Assembly (NCBI GenBank): GCA_047495785.1
Contig: JBLDXI010000054.1
Span: forward strand, 2,294,001 to 2,358,000
DNA from: Lepidodermella squamata
Taxonomy: Eukaryota > Animalia > Gastrotricha
Direction of reading: 5' to 3'
DNA: 64,000 nt
The notes beneath the pieces are model-generated. The model did no database searches. It saw nothing but the letters and a program-made list of their open reading frames with translations, and had not been told where the DNA came from. Below, piece after piece: positions 52,210 through 64,000 of this stretch. How positions within the stretch are numbered: position 1 is the stretch's first letter; every line of letters begins with the position of its first letter. Both the position numbers and the translations under genes were made by a program.

Positions 52210-52640
52210 GCTGGAAAATCACATTTGACCTATAACGGAATGCATTTCTAGGTAGATCTCACCAAGCTGATGAACCTTCTCTTTGAGAGCGGCTTTCTAG
52301 CTATCACCGATCTCGAGATGACCACTCAGGTGTGTCACCAGGTAAGGTCAGGAGTAAGGTCATGAGAAATTTTTTCATTTTTTTCTCTATTGACACGCGC
52401 TATCCCATAATAGGGAAAAAAATAGGGAGCAATAATTCGAAAACCCCATGTTTTTATCGCTTAAGGTTGCGGAGAAATTCCAGTGTCAAGTTGGTCACGT
52501 GACCTTACCTGGTGTCACACCTGAACGGTTATCTCGGGAACGGTGATAGCTAGGAAGCCGCTCTCAAAGAAAAGGTTCACCAGCTTGGCGAGATCTACCT
52601 AGAAATGCATTCCGTTATAGGTCACATGTGATTTTCCAGC
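52210..52640. repeat. Foldback element with ~141-bp inverted arms and a ~149-bp spacer
   Basis: 52210-52350 is reverse-complementary to 52500-52640 with scattered mismatches. Confidence 0.88.
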
Positions 52641-52806
52641 GTGGAAATTTGCATTTAGACACCCTATAGGATTTTGTAAATATAGGGTGCTCGAAAAAGC
52701 TACCATGGGGCTTTAATGGATTTTATATTTTATCATATTCGCCAATTTATTTTTGTTTTTATTTCTCTATTTTTTCTCAATTTATCACAATTTTTATGAA
52801 AATCTA

Positions 52807-55738
52807 TCAAAAGAAACCGAGTTGTCTTGAGATCGGTGCCAAGTAGCGATCACGATTCTCCCGCGACAGCCAATTCCATTTCGCTTTCTTCGACTTCATC
52901 ACCGTAAAAAGAGTCGGCAGAAAAACGAAACCACTCGCTACGGCCGAGTGAGTCAGACATAGCGCGGCCAAGATGAAGCTGATCAGGATCGGCGAAAAAA
53001 TCGTCCCGCCAACAATGGTTGCCACTATCGAAATGGCTGTCGTGTTGGCGTAGCACAAGATGCAAAGCCTCGCCTCGGGTACTAACGAGCTCATCGGCGA
53101 CAACTTGCGCCAGATTAGATAACTCAGTACACCTCCGGCGATGAAAAGGCAACCGTGAAATCCGCCAATCCAACCGTTCCACAGCATAGTTTGCTTGTAA
53201 GTACAGAGTCGGAAACGAGTGACCGAATAAACATTCAACACCGGGTCAAATTCCGGGAAAAGTTTCGTTTCTCGAAGTACTATAACAGGCGGATCTTTAA
53301 TCAACCAGACAAGGATGACGATGAAGTTGATAAGTAGGCCAAAAATGAGGACTGAAATTGCTGGAGCAGCTTGTCGCCATGTCATCACATTTCGCGAAAC
53401 TGTAAGCCGTTGTTGAATGTTGTTGAGGGTTATCGAAATGAACGATAGGCGATGGGTTCGTATGGTTGGCGAGATGCGGAAACGATTGGGCGGTACCCTG
53501 CGGTAAATCAGAAGTATTTGGCAGAATACAACTATGCTAACGAGAAGGCGCCCGGTGAAGATGAGAATTTGCCGGCCGAAGCAATATCCCGGGTGTTCTG
53601 CGCCGATGAGGGCGTAGTAAATAGCAGCTGAGTTCTGAAGTACACATCCGATGGCGAGAATTGTGTTGAAAGCATTTGTTACGGCATATCGCGTTTTCTT
53701 GTAACTCAGCGCAGCGAGACCAATTTGAATGATAACTGTGTTGAAAAAAGCAAAAAAGTTACCAATAACTGGGTAATTCCATGCCAACGACGACCCAGCT
53801 AAAGTTTGCAGATCATTGGGGAAGAAAAACTCGGATAGAGCTTGAAAAACTAAGGTGTTTTCTTATAGAAGTATGAGTGTGATCAAGATTCCTAGAACTT
53901 ATTACATCAAGGTTCAACTACGGCAAAAAACCATATGGAAAACGTGGTCAGGTATTGAGATCTAGCTACTTGGCAACGGTTGCTATGATTTGGCGTTGAT
54001 TTTCTTTTTCACGTGATTCCGAGAACTTGGGTTTGATCGTCGATCGAAAATCACAAGGAATTACCCAACAGCCTTTCTAGCGATAAAAGCTTATTCAATA
54101 AAAGGGCAACTGCATGAAAATTTGCTGTGATGGAAGATGACAAGATCGACTTGTTGTTTGTACCCACGTTTTACCCACAACAATTACGTGCTTGGATCAC
54201 TTCAAGAAAGGGTTGTTCATCACTCACTTAGGCTCCAGCTGACAACACGAATCGCTGTAACAACACTGTCGGCAATTTTGCTGATTGTAATGACTGTTGG
54301 CGGGTAGTCACGCGGGGGCTCCCCGTTCCCAGTGTACCATACAATAGGCGCAACGAACCGGCTGGAAATAAGATGGCTGTAATTTGCTCCGTCCGTTTGG
54401 TTTCTTCTCAGAATGTAATTGATTATGTACTTGTTTTCCAACACTGACCACTGAAAAACACCCATGTCTTCATCGTCCATTTCTAAGCGTTCTGAGTAGC
54501 GCTGTGGGCCGGCGCGGATCCCTGCAAATTCGAGCCTCGCAATGCTGTCATTGACAACGGACATTATCTTCATTGGAATCTGCTCATAATCTGAGAGAGT
54601 AAGATTGTCTTCGGCAATCAAACGTTTATCAGCAGCGTCCAACGCCAAAACGGTCGCTAGCATAGCGTCGTGGCAAGTTTGGCGGTTAATATAATCTGCA
54701 GATTTTGTTCCATTGATGTATCTTCAAAGAAAAATGTAAAATAGGGGCTAGAAAATTTGATAAGAAAATTTTAAGATACCTATTAAGAATGATGTCAAAC
54801 TGCGTCGAATTGTAACCTAACGAAGTTAGTCCAAAGTCTTTCGGGGCGAACGGGAAAATTCCTACGAACAAAGCCTGACCATACAGGCTGAGAAGCTCAT
54901 TTTCAGAGCATTGCGAGCGATATCCTTCCAAACCAGTCAACGGATCGAAAGCTACATTGCTCTGGAGGATGAACAAGTATTTGGGTGCAGTTAAGCCGCT
55001 TCTCAAGGCCTTACACAGGAACTCAATCAGGATAACTGATGTACTTATTTCGACGAAGATAATTCTGGTCTCGCTTCGGATTAAGGAGGCCATTGTTCCA
55101 TCAGTAGTTTCGCCGGAAATCGCCTCGAACCACGAGACTTTTAGACCTTTATCCGATAAGAGATCAAGTAGATTTCGAGCGTAGAGATAGTCACGAGCCT
55201 TAGACCCGTCCGTCACAATTCCGAAACGTCGCCAGAAGCCAGTAAAACGAACAAATTCATATCGAGCATGGACTGATAGATCGATGGGCGGGCGAACTCT
55301 GTACATATTAGGGTACAACTTGCGATTTGACACGGCCCCAGCAGAGCAACTAGTAGCGATTGAAGTTTGATTAACATGGTGAATCATGTTTCCCAGCCGC
55401 TGACAGCCAGCTGTGAAGTATGGCCCAATCAGAATCGGAGCTTTCTCTCGAAATCGCTCTTGAAACATGATAGTCTTCCTGACTACAGCATTGCCATTCG
55501 CCGTTTCATCTTCGTAAATAGGCGTCAAGTGGTAATTCGGTAAAATGTCGCTGCGATTGTTAACAATGTCGACAACCACTTGCATTGACGCTTGGCAAAC
55601 CTTGCCATCTCGTGGCTCATTGCCGGTGAAAGCGATAAAAGTTAGTAAATTCAAGTTTTTCTGTTTCCTTTTCAAATATTGTCCTAAGAGCCCGGAATTG
55701 ACCAAAAGCGTGATAATTATAAAGAGCTTGAACAACAT
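52807..55738 (-). CDS. Third GABA-B-like class C GPCR, paralog of 14153-16551
   Basis: Signal peptide; VNNRSDILPNY, GLTAPKYLF, CHDAML, W.T.NG.PP.D. Intron 54227-53736 joins VVSWSL|IIIQIGL (TM1); 7TM with W...DPP and PEA. Confidence 0.82.
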
Positions 55739-55879
55739 TCTCTGAGCGAGACTGACTCTATTTTTTGCTGCTTAGCTTCTCACGACCTGTCAAAATCAAT
55801 TAAAGCAGTATGGTGAATTCACCAAAATTTATTGCGATAATTTATCGGGCAAACATATGATCAAATTTAGTTGTTTGGT

Positions 55880-56926
55880 TCAAGATTTTTCAGGGTCATC
55901 GCTGCTGCTATCATCGTTGCTTGCTGTTATCAATTGCACGTGATCTGCTGAGGGTGACTTCTCGGCGGCTTTCTCAGCAGCTGCCGCCTGAAGCTTGACG
56001 TAGGTATATCCGAGCGCACCGGCAATTACGGCAGAATTTCCAAGCCACCAAAACGCGTTTTTCACTTCGTTGTAAAGCCAACAGGCGATTAAAGTTTGAA
56101 CAACTGATTTGCTCTGGACAGAAACGTTGTGACTCAGGGGTGAAGTTAGCCTGATGCAGCCATTCGAGCTCAAACCGATTGCGAACGTTAAAACACCGGA
56201 AATTAATACTGTTATCCAAAATTTAGCTGTTAAATCAGCTGTAATAGCATAGGAGATCTCGTCTTTCGCCAGGGTCATTACGAAAAGTGGTAGAAGCGAT
56301 CCGAAGTTGATGTAAAGATTTACGATAAGGTCAGCCTGATCCTTCTGAGTCACAGCGTCTAGCGATAACCGAGTTAGAACGCTGTGAATTCCCAGAAAAA
56401 CACTCGCAGCGACTCCGGCCGCCACTCCAGACCAATCTAGATCGACGAGATGTTGCTCCTCCTTAACAGTTAGCCAAAATCCGATGATAACTAGCACACA
56501 GCAAGCCATACTTTTAAGCGATTGCTTCTGCCCGAGGATGAGGTAGGAGAAAAATGCGGTTGATATTAAATTAAGTGATCTGACGACTTGAAAGAATGAA
56601 ACATTGACTAATCGCAGGCAGATGTTGCTGAAAGCTAGGCTGAGTGAAAAAGTCAGCATCATAGCTACGACGTAGAGCTTCAGCTTGGAAGATTGGCGAA
56701 GTGGCTGTAGAATCGTGTGTAGAACACCGCTCGATTCCTTCGGCTGCTTTGACAGGGCGAAGAAAATGCCGCCAATCGCACAAAACACCCCGACAACATT
56801 TTGAACGACGAGTAACAGGAAGTTCAAATCACTTTTTGTCAAGAAATGCTTGTTTAGAAATGTGACAGCTATAGAAGAAATCCAGTACACGGCGAATACT
56901 GAGAAAACCGGTAAAAATTGTGTCAT
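55880..56926 (-). CDS. Nucleotide-sugar transporter, GDP-fucose transporter (SLC35C1)-like, intronless
   Basis: YWISSIAVTFLNK, FSNICL..V.VSFFQVVRSL, ILGQ, TSPLSHNVS...KS..QT; about 10 TM segments. Confidence 0.82.
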   Translation of the reverse strand: MTQFLPVFSVFAVYWISSIAVTFLNKHFLTKSDLNFLLLVVQNVVGVFCAIGGIFFALSKQPKESSGVLHTILQPLRQSSKLKLYVVAMMLTFSLSLAFSNICLRLVNVSFFQVVRSLNLISTAFFSYLILGQKQSLKSMACCVLVIIGFWLTVKEEQHLVDLDWSGVAAGVAASVFLGIHSVLTRLSLDAVTQKDQADLIVNLYINFGSLLPLFVMTLAKDEISYAITADLTAKFWITVLISGVLTFAIGLSSNGCIRLTSPLSHNVSVQSKSVVQTLIACWLYNEVKNAFWWLGNSAVIAGALGYTYVKLQAAAAEKAAEKSPSADHVQLITASNDDSSSDDPEKS

Positions 56927-57670
56927 AATACAAAGGAAGCGTTGTTGTAGTACGCTTCCTGCTTTTCCGATGGTTAAGTTATGCTCGCCCGCGTAGCACG
57001 AGCTGCAGTTATAAGCTAGCAAAGGTGTACTGGCGTGTTCATGTAGTATAGTACTCTCGTGTATTCATCAATACCATACTTGTTCTTATAAAGGCTTTAT
57101 GCACTTATGCATCTACTTGTTGTGTGGCGCGCGTATATATGTATTATTCATGAAAAAAGACGACTGCGTGTATTTAGGCTTTGCGCTCTTCTTTGGTCAT
57201 TCAAAGAGAGGCTATACAGGCATTTTGCGGCTGCGTGAACAGCTGATACGCTCGCAAATAGGCGCGTTCTGTGTTGAAGCTGTATACACAAATATGACAT
57301 TCTCCACGTCATTCACAAGAGCACCAAACAATCCCCCTCGTCGCAGTGTTTGCTTTGTTACACTGTGTAAGCCTGGATCATACGGCTAAGATAAATCGGG
57401 TAAATAATGCGAAATAAATCGAATTTTGGGACGCAATGAAATAAAATCATCGCAATTATCGATGTCACCTAGGCAGCGGCGTCTAGCACTGGTTCACACC
57501 TTAAAACTTGAAACTAAGGCGTTTGCGATGAAAAAAGAATGAGATCGATTTGAATGCAAATTTAATAGCAATTTAATGTTATTTTTGCGGTAAATCAATT
57601 TAAACCAGGGATATTGCTCAACATGCACGCACAACTGGTAGAGCCTGAAAACTTCTAGTTTCAATAAATT

Positions 57671-58876
57671 ATGCTCCCGTTTTTGAGAAAACTAAGAAAA
57701 CCTCTCATATTAACAGTATTTGTTTCATCGTGTTCTTACCTGGTTCTGTTGCGGAGCGACTCGTTTCAAGAAAAATCAGACAATAGTGCGACAAAATATC
57801 AACTCAGTCAAGTTTTTCTGGAAAGGAGGCGCCATGTCCGCAATATTTGCCACGATTATTACAATTCGATAGTATCCCAGAACGATAGCCTCTTAAATGT
57901 TAAGAAAGGTCTAACAATGTTGGAAAAAGATGAACGGAAGGAGCGCGCTTTCTATGTCGATGAGGCTAACAAATTTGTAACTTGCGCGTAAGCCTCATAG
58001 CTATCCAACCTGAATCAGTGACTATTTCCTGTCAATTTTTTCCAGGATTGCGAAAGCAGCTTCAACTAATTGGAAAAGACTTTTGATGTACCTGGCTGAG
58101 AATTCGAGCGCTTCATCGCTAGAAGAGATAGAATCCGATTTCATTCATAATATTACGCTGTGGAATAGAAATGCCAGTTTTCGCCCTCTTTCATGGTACA
58201 GTCATTCCGAAAAGCTAGACCGGCTGGTTAACTACACAAAGATTGTCTGGGTACGCGATCCTCTTGTTCGACTCGTATCGGCTTGGAAGTCTAAATTGAG
58301 GGATGAGAATAACGCCTACTATCAAAAGGTTCGAGATATCGATAAATCCCATAAGTTTGTTCCTTCATTTCTTTGACTCACAGGTATACGCTAGCTACAT
58401 TAAAGAGAACATCCGCCAATCCGGGAAACATAGGAATGCGTCCTACCCGGTAACTTTGGAGGAATTCTTCACATTTGTGTACAACGAAGGCAGCACTCAC
58501 GGAATGGCTGACGCACATTGTAATCCGGGTTGAATTTTCCGATATTTTTAATGTTTAAATTCAATTATTAGGGTCTATGTACAATATTCAATGTTCGCCT
58601 TGCTTTTTTGATTACGACTACATCGCGAGAGTCGAAAATTGGGTGCCAGAAGCCAAATATATCCTCGAAAGGGTCATTGAAAGAAATAGCCATTCCTGGT
58701 CTCGGATGCAGACTCCAGTTGTACAGAGGTCTCTAACGCAGGCTAAGAACACATCAACGGCAGCAATTGTCCGTTCTGCCCTCGCGAAATGTCCATTGTT
58801 ACTTATTGGGAAAATACGCAGCATGTTTGGGCTGGATTTTGACCTATTCGGCTATTCTCGCGTCGCACAGTATTAA
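57671..58876 (+). CDS. Carbohydrate sulfotransferase (Sulfotransfer_2 / HNK-1ST-CHST family) copy 1
   Basis: 5'-PSB C|IAKAASTNWKR, 3'-PB VRDPLVRLVSAW, DAH|W, CSPC..DYDYI and DF.LFGY. Confidence 0.88.
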
Positions 58877-59134
58877 TTATTCAACAATGTTGTCGTGGCC
58901 AACGCATCATGGGGATGATGATGAGTCTCGGCTGGAACTATCTTCGATATCGATTATCGGAGCCGAGATACAGGAAATTTGCTTGCGGCTGCACCTCACG
59001 TGCGTAGATTCATACGTTTTTTATTGTCTCACGCTATTCGTAGTTCATTTTTGTTAAACTCACGTGAGTTCGTATCAATAAAATTGAATGCTATACCAGT
59101 AGTTTGCCTTTAAGCAAGAGTAAGGAATTCATGC

Positions 59135-60487
59135 ATGCCCTTACGTAACGCTGCACTCGTACCGCTGTTCGCGGTATCGCTTTCCTTCTACTTCATCATC
59201 TACCAGTATGCATTTGCCCCTACAGACACAACAGAGGTCCGCGAGATGACCCAAGCTCTTTCAATTTCCAACCCAACTAAAGATTCAGCAACGGTCAAAG
59301 CAGAAGAACCCGCTTTTCCAACCTACGATGTTAGCAGTGTTGGAAAGACACTTGAAGATAGGCGTCTGTCTGTGCAAAATAGCTGCCATCGCAGGTTTGG
59401 CAACATTGGCGCCAATTTGAAGAATATGCGGGCGCTGTATGCCTTTCAAAAGAATAAGATTGTTCAAAACACATTTTTCTACGATGATGAGCGGCGGATG
59501 CTGATGTGCGTGTAAGTATGGTGATGGGAGCTAAAATTATTGCATTTTACCAGTGGTTTATTCATTTCAATTAGGATAGCGAAAGTCGGCTCTACCACCT
59601 GGAAGAAGATTTTGCTTTACATGAGCGAAAATTCACCTTTTAAATCACCCTACGATGTCCCGAGTGAGGTGGTGCACAATTTGACAGCTTGGCCCAAAGG
59701 AATATCCCTTAAACCGGTCTCATCAATCATGGGGGATAAGAGGAAACTGAACGAGGTGCTTGGCTATACAAAAGTGGTTTGGGTTCGCAATCCTTACATA
59801 CGCTTAGTATCAGGTATGACAAATTTCATCATAATTACAGAAAATATGACGGAAATTATTTTAAAGCATGGAATTCCAAACTGAGGACAGGAACCAATGC
59901 GTACTACAGCAAGGTATTTAATCAGTGAAACCCATACTTCTTTACATGCTTTACGTCTTAGGTGTATTCTAATCACATAAAAAATCTCTACCATGGTGTG
60001 AAATCGCAAAAAACCGCAAAAAATGTTAGCACAACTACTCCGGCTCCAGTTCCTGTGACATTAGAAGAATTCCTATACTACATACGCCGGACAGTGAGGG
60101 TCTATCAAATGAGTGATGTTCACTGTGAGTAATGACTTGCAAATATTCATTATTTCACACTAATCGATTCATCTTTTTTATATAGGGTCTACTTACAACA
60201 CGCAATGCATGCCATGTACTTTGGACTACGACTATATTGGTAGATTGGAAAATTGGTACCCTGAGGCACATTACGTCCTTAGCAAATTAGTAGGCCCGAA
60301 GAACTCGACCAGCTATATGAAACTTCATACAGCGGACATGGGAAAAATGCTATTACAACATAAGTCATCGGACGACGAGTGGATAAAAATGCTGAAACGT
60401 CTTCCTAAACGCTCTAGAGACGAAGTGAAACCTACTTTTTGGATAGATTTCGAAATTTTCGGTTACAACCCTGAAGAATTCTCATAG
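59135..60487 (+). CDS. Carbohydrate sulfotransferase copy 2
   Basis: IAKVGSTTWKK, VRNPYIRLVS|AW, DVH|W, CMPCTLDYDYIG and DFEIFGY. Confidence 0.88.
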
Positions 60488-60877
60488 CAACACTCTTCTA
60501 TTTTGTTTTATCTATTTACATTTGTAATTACTACATAATAAAAGACCTGTTTCTGCTAGTTTGTTTTCGTAATGTGACCATATTTTAGGCTGTTTTCCCA
60601 TCAATTGTTGTGATAATGGCAAACCGCATTAGTATGATGTATAATATGGTGCTTATAGAGGCCAAACTTTATTGGATTATTTGATAATGAATAATTTAGA
60701 AGGGTGTAAAAATAATAAGCAAGCATCGCGCCTTCTGAGGATACACAACTCATCAGCGCCTCTCATCGAGGCTAATTCTTTTGCGGCAATTCATATAATG
60801 ATTTCTGGCAGTATCGCTTCTGCTCCGCTGAGGCGGCGATGCATTACAAGCGACGAAGGAATACATTCGCTATTGCT

Positions 60878-62160
60878 ATGAACAAGACTGCGCTTTTTGT
60901 GTGGCTTGCTCTTTCCAGCACAGTTGGCTACTTGTTACTATTCCACCTTATGACGGGAGATCAGGAGAAAGTCACCATTTTTTCGTCACTCATCACCGCT
61001 ATCGGTTTCCACCGGGCTCCTGCCGAGAAAAGGCCTGTTTTTGAAGGCTATCAGCCCCTTTATAATGTCGATTTGTTGGAGGAGACATTTGAGAAAAGAC
61101 GCAAGGTACTCAGGGAAGCGTGTAAGAGACGTTATGGTCGCGAACCAGAACTGCGCCACGAACGGTTGTGGGCTATCCATGTTCTTTCAATCAATCCTTC
61201 TATTCAAAATTCTTTCTTTGTCGACGAGGAAAACCGAGCCCTGTTTTGCCTGTGAGTTACTTCCAATCAAATCGTAATTTATTCATTAATTGTTTGATAG
61301 AATTCCGAAAGTTGGTTCGACAACTTGGAAGAGGTTACTGCTGTACGGTGCTACAAATTCTAACTTCCTCAGCCCCGAGTCGATAGCGCATGATTTTGTG
61401 CATAGTAGCTACAAATGGCCGTCTAACATTTCTCTCAAACCCATAAAAGCCTTTCAAAATCAAACTGCTAAGCTGCTGGATATCATGTCAAATTACACCA
61501 AGGTCATATGGGTGCGCCACCCTTTGATGCGGCTGGTCTCAGCATGGAACAGCAAACTCACGGGTAGGAATGAGTTCTACTCCAAGGTGAAGCTTATGAG
61601 TTTAAAAGATCGATGGAATTTTCAGTGATTTATGGATTATTAGAGCGTGGGACAACACATTGCGGCGAAATTCCGGAGACCTGATACCAGGGGACCTACA
61701 ACAACAATCAGGCCGAACAATGTTTCAATTGAGCTTTCAGAATTTTTTCGATACCTTGAACGAGATGTTAAGCTGTACAAAATGAGCGATGTTCATTGTA
61801 AGTTTCTAACAAAGCAGAAGTGAATTTTCTTGAATTTTTCCTTCTCTAGGGTCACTATACAATGTGCAATGCTTACCTTGCTACACTCAGCCGCATTACA
61901 TCGGCCATTTAGAGAATTGGTTCCCCGAGGTGGATTATGTTCTGCGGAAAATAACGGCCAAGAACCCAAATTCTTACTGGCAACGCCCACCGGAAGAGCA
62001 AGAAGCCGCGGCTAATCTGCTGTACAAAACTGACGGCGCTCGGTCTGACCCAACGTGGCGCGATATGCTAAAAATGCTTCCTACAAAACTGCTTAAATCT
62101 GTGACAAAAATCTACCAAATCGATTTTGAGTTATTCGGCTACAACGCAACATTATTTTGA
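60878..62160 (+). CDS. Carbohydrate sulfotransferase copy 3
   Basis: IPKVGSTTWKR, VRHPLMRLVSAW, DVH|W, CLPC and DFELFGY. Confidence 0.88.
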
Positions 62161-62171
62161 AAGGCTATTAT

Positions 62172-63462
62172 TCAACGAAGTAAATGCTTTCCAAAGTTAT
62201 CAATGTCATAGCTGAAAACTTTAGCATCAAAGCCGTATATTCGTTTTATGCTTTTCAGCAGTTGATTTGGAACATTCTTCAGCAGCTCCTTCCAATTTTT
62301 TTCATGGCTACGAGTTCGGGGTCCCAAAATTCTACGGATTTTTGCGTGATCATCGGCGCTAATATTGGTTCGCACTGATTTCAGGAATTTTCCGAGAATG
62401 TATTGAGTTTCAGGATGCCATTTTTCCACATTTATCACATAATCATATTGAACGTGGCACGGGGCACATTGTAGATCGTAGGTGTACCCTAGCATAAATA
62501 TTGGAATGAGTGAAATTCGTACATTTTTGACGGTAAAAACTCACAGTGAACATCTTGCCGCTTGGGGTATTCCACAATGTAACGGAGAAATTCCTCGAAA
62601 GTCACTCCTGTTTCGTTTGCTAGATGCCTTTGTGAGCCTTTGCGGTATATTTTTTTTATTTTCGAGCCGACTAACTATGAACGGTAACTTGTGTAACTTT
62701 CAGCTTTTCAACGTTGATTAAGCTTTTACCCAATTGTAATATTCATTGTGCCCCGTCAATTTATCATTCCATGCAGACTGAGAAAAACAGAAATATTGAG
62801 AGGAAATGAGGGAAATATGTAGCTTATTTATACCACAAGGCGAATTAATGGGTGCCTGACCCAAGCGATTTTCGTGTAATTTGCCAACCGTTGTATTACT
62901 CCTTCTTTTTCGTCGTAGAAGTATCTCAAATGTTTAAAAGTGGAGTTGCTCGGCCAAGCCGATGCGTTATGCATCGTCAAGTCAAGGGATGAAAGGCTGG
63001 GAAAAGATGAGTTTGGACCGAGAAAAAGTAAAAGCTGCTTTAGTTCCGATGACGCGACTTTGGGCATTCTAACAAAAAAAATCCATATCTGGTCAGATCG
63101 AGAATTTCGACTCACATGCAAAAAAGTAGCTTGTTCGCATCGTCCACGAAGATGGAGCTTTTGGGGCTTTCCTTTGACGTTATCTTGCGGTAAGCAATTT
63201 GATTCAATTCTGTCGGATTAACAGGAATCTGATAATGAATAGAGCATTGTTTTCTCGAGTTGATTGAGCGTTGTTTGAAAGATTCCTCCAATTTCTCAGA
63301 CGCTGAGTTGGCAAAGTTACCGAATAATGGCTGAGCTTTGCTATCGCCGGGAGCCTTGCTGAAGTCGAAAGTGTAAGTTACCCCATGGAGTACAATAAGT
63401 CCAGATAGTAAACTAGCTATCCAAAAGACTTTTCGAAAATCTGCGCTAGTAAACGCACACAT
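62172..63462 (-). CDS. Carbohydrate sulfotransferase copy 4 (inverted)
   Basis: TM anchor, MPKVASSELKQ, VRHPLIRLV|SAW, CAPCHVQYDYV and DAKVFSY. Confidence 0.85.
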
Positions 63463-63915
63463 TAAGCTGTCAAAATGGCCGAAATGTTTAGGTTTGTTGT
63501 TGTGCACGTGCGTTGTGTTCGGAGTCACGACCAAGCCACTACTACGCACTATGCTGCGGTAAGCGTGACCACTGTTAGAGCCATCTCGCGAATGCTAGTG
63601 TATTCGGTTCATTCTTCGTGGCTCTGCCCCAAATGCTACAAGTGCCACAAAGTGCTGAGTTTGACTGCGGGTGAAAGCCGTACGGTCACTCCCGCATCTT
63701 TTTATTTCGACCATTTCGACCATCTGAGGCCTTAAAGGATTACGAGTTGCGATGATAGAAGATAGGAAATATCCCAAGGCTTATAGTTTGTTCAGCAATT
63801 TCCAAATGCGATTACATTTTTCATTTTTGAGATGAGCCCCTTTCCCGTAACACGTTACATTTCGTTTCAATTTAAATGGAATGGAAAGACAAATCTTCCA
63901 TAAATTTGTTACCCA

Positions 63916-63943
63916 ATTTATTTATTTATTTATTTATTTATTT
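63916..63943. repeat. (ATTT)n microsatellite
   Basis: About 7 tandem ATTT units seen directly. Confidence 0.85.
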
Positions 63944-64000
63944 CTTAATATAAATCTCTGTAGAAAATCACATCAATATAATAATTTGCATCTGGAATGA

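Noticed and set aside
1-64000. Prokaryotic features (CRISPR array, rRNA, defence operon) or a non-standard genetic code
   Set aside because: No repeat-spacer array or rRNA was seen; genes have GT-AG introns and translate cleanly with the standard code.

Overview
Gene-dense eukaryotic DNA with short (about 45-60 nt) GT-AG introns, most likely from a compact invertebrate genome (taxon not determinable; a larvacean-like compact genome is only a guess). The ORF track fragments most genes, so gene models were rebuilt by hand from splice sites. From left to right: (1) a four-member local family of signal-peptide proteins with about 18 ankyrin repeats in one giant exon fused to CCP/sushi exons, ending in either a GPI-like tail or further ankyrin modules plus an 8-Cys domain; (2) three divergent GABA-B-type class C GPCRs with short or absent C-tails; (3) a RING-finger/left-handed beta-helix fusion; (4) an unknown low-complexity gene, a 2x LamG mucin-stalk protein, two cytosolic ankyrin genes and a 68-aa secreted six-Cys peptide missed by the ORF track; (5) an intact, intron-containing piggyBac inside the intron of a GPI-type gene; (6) a stand-alone Schlafen AlbA_2 gene; (7) a glycan-modification neighbourhood with 3 LicD/fukutin-family genes, an SLC35C1-like transporter and 4 Sulfotransfer_2 genes; (8) two TA-type MITEs, a 141-bp-arm foldback and a pair of tRNA-like repeats. 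The best candidate for an undescribed system is the extracellular ankyrin-sushi family.
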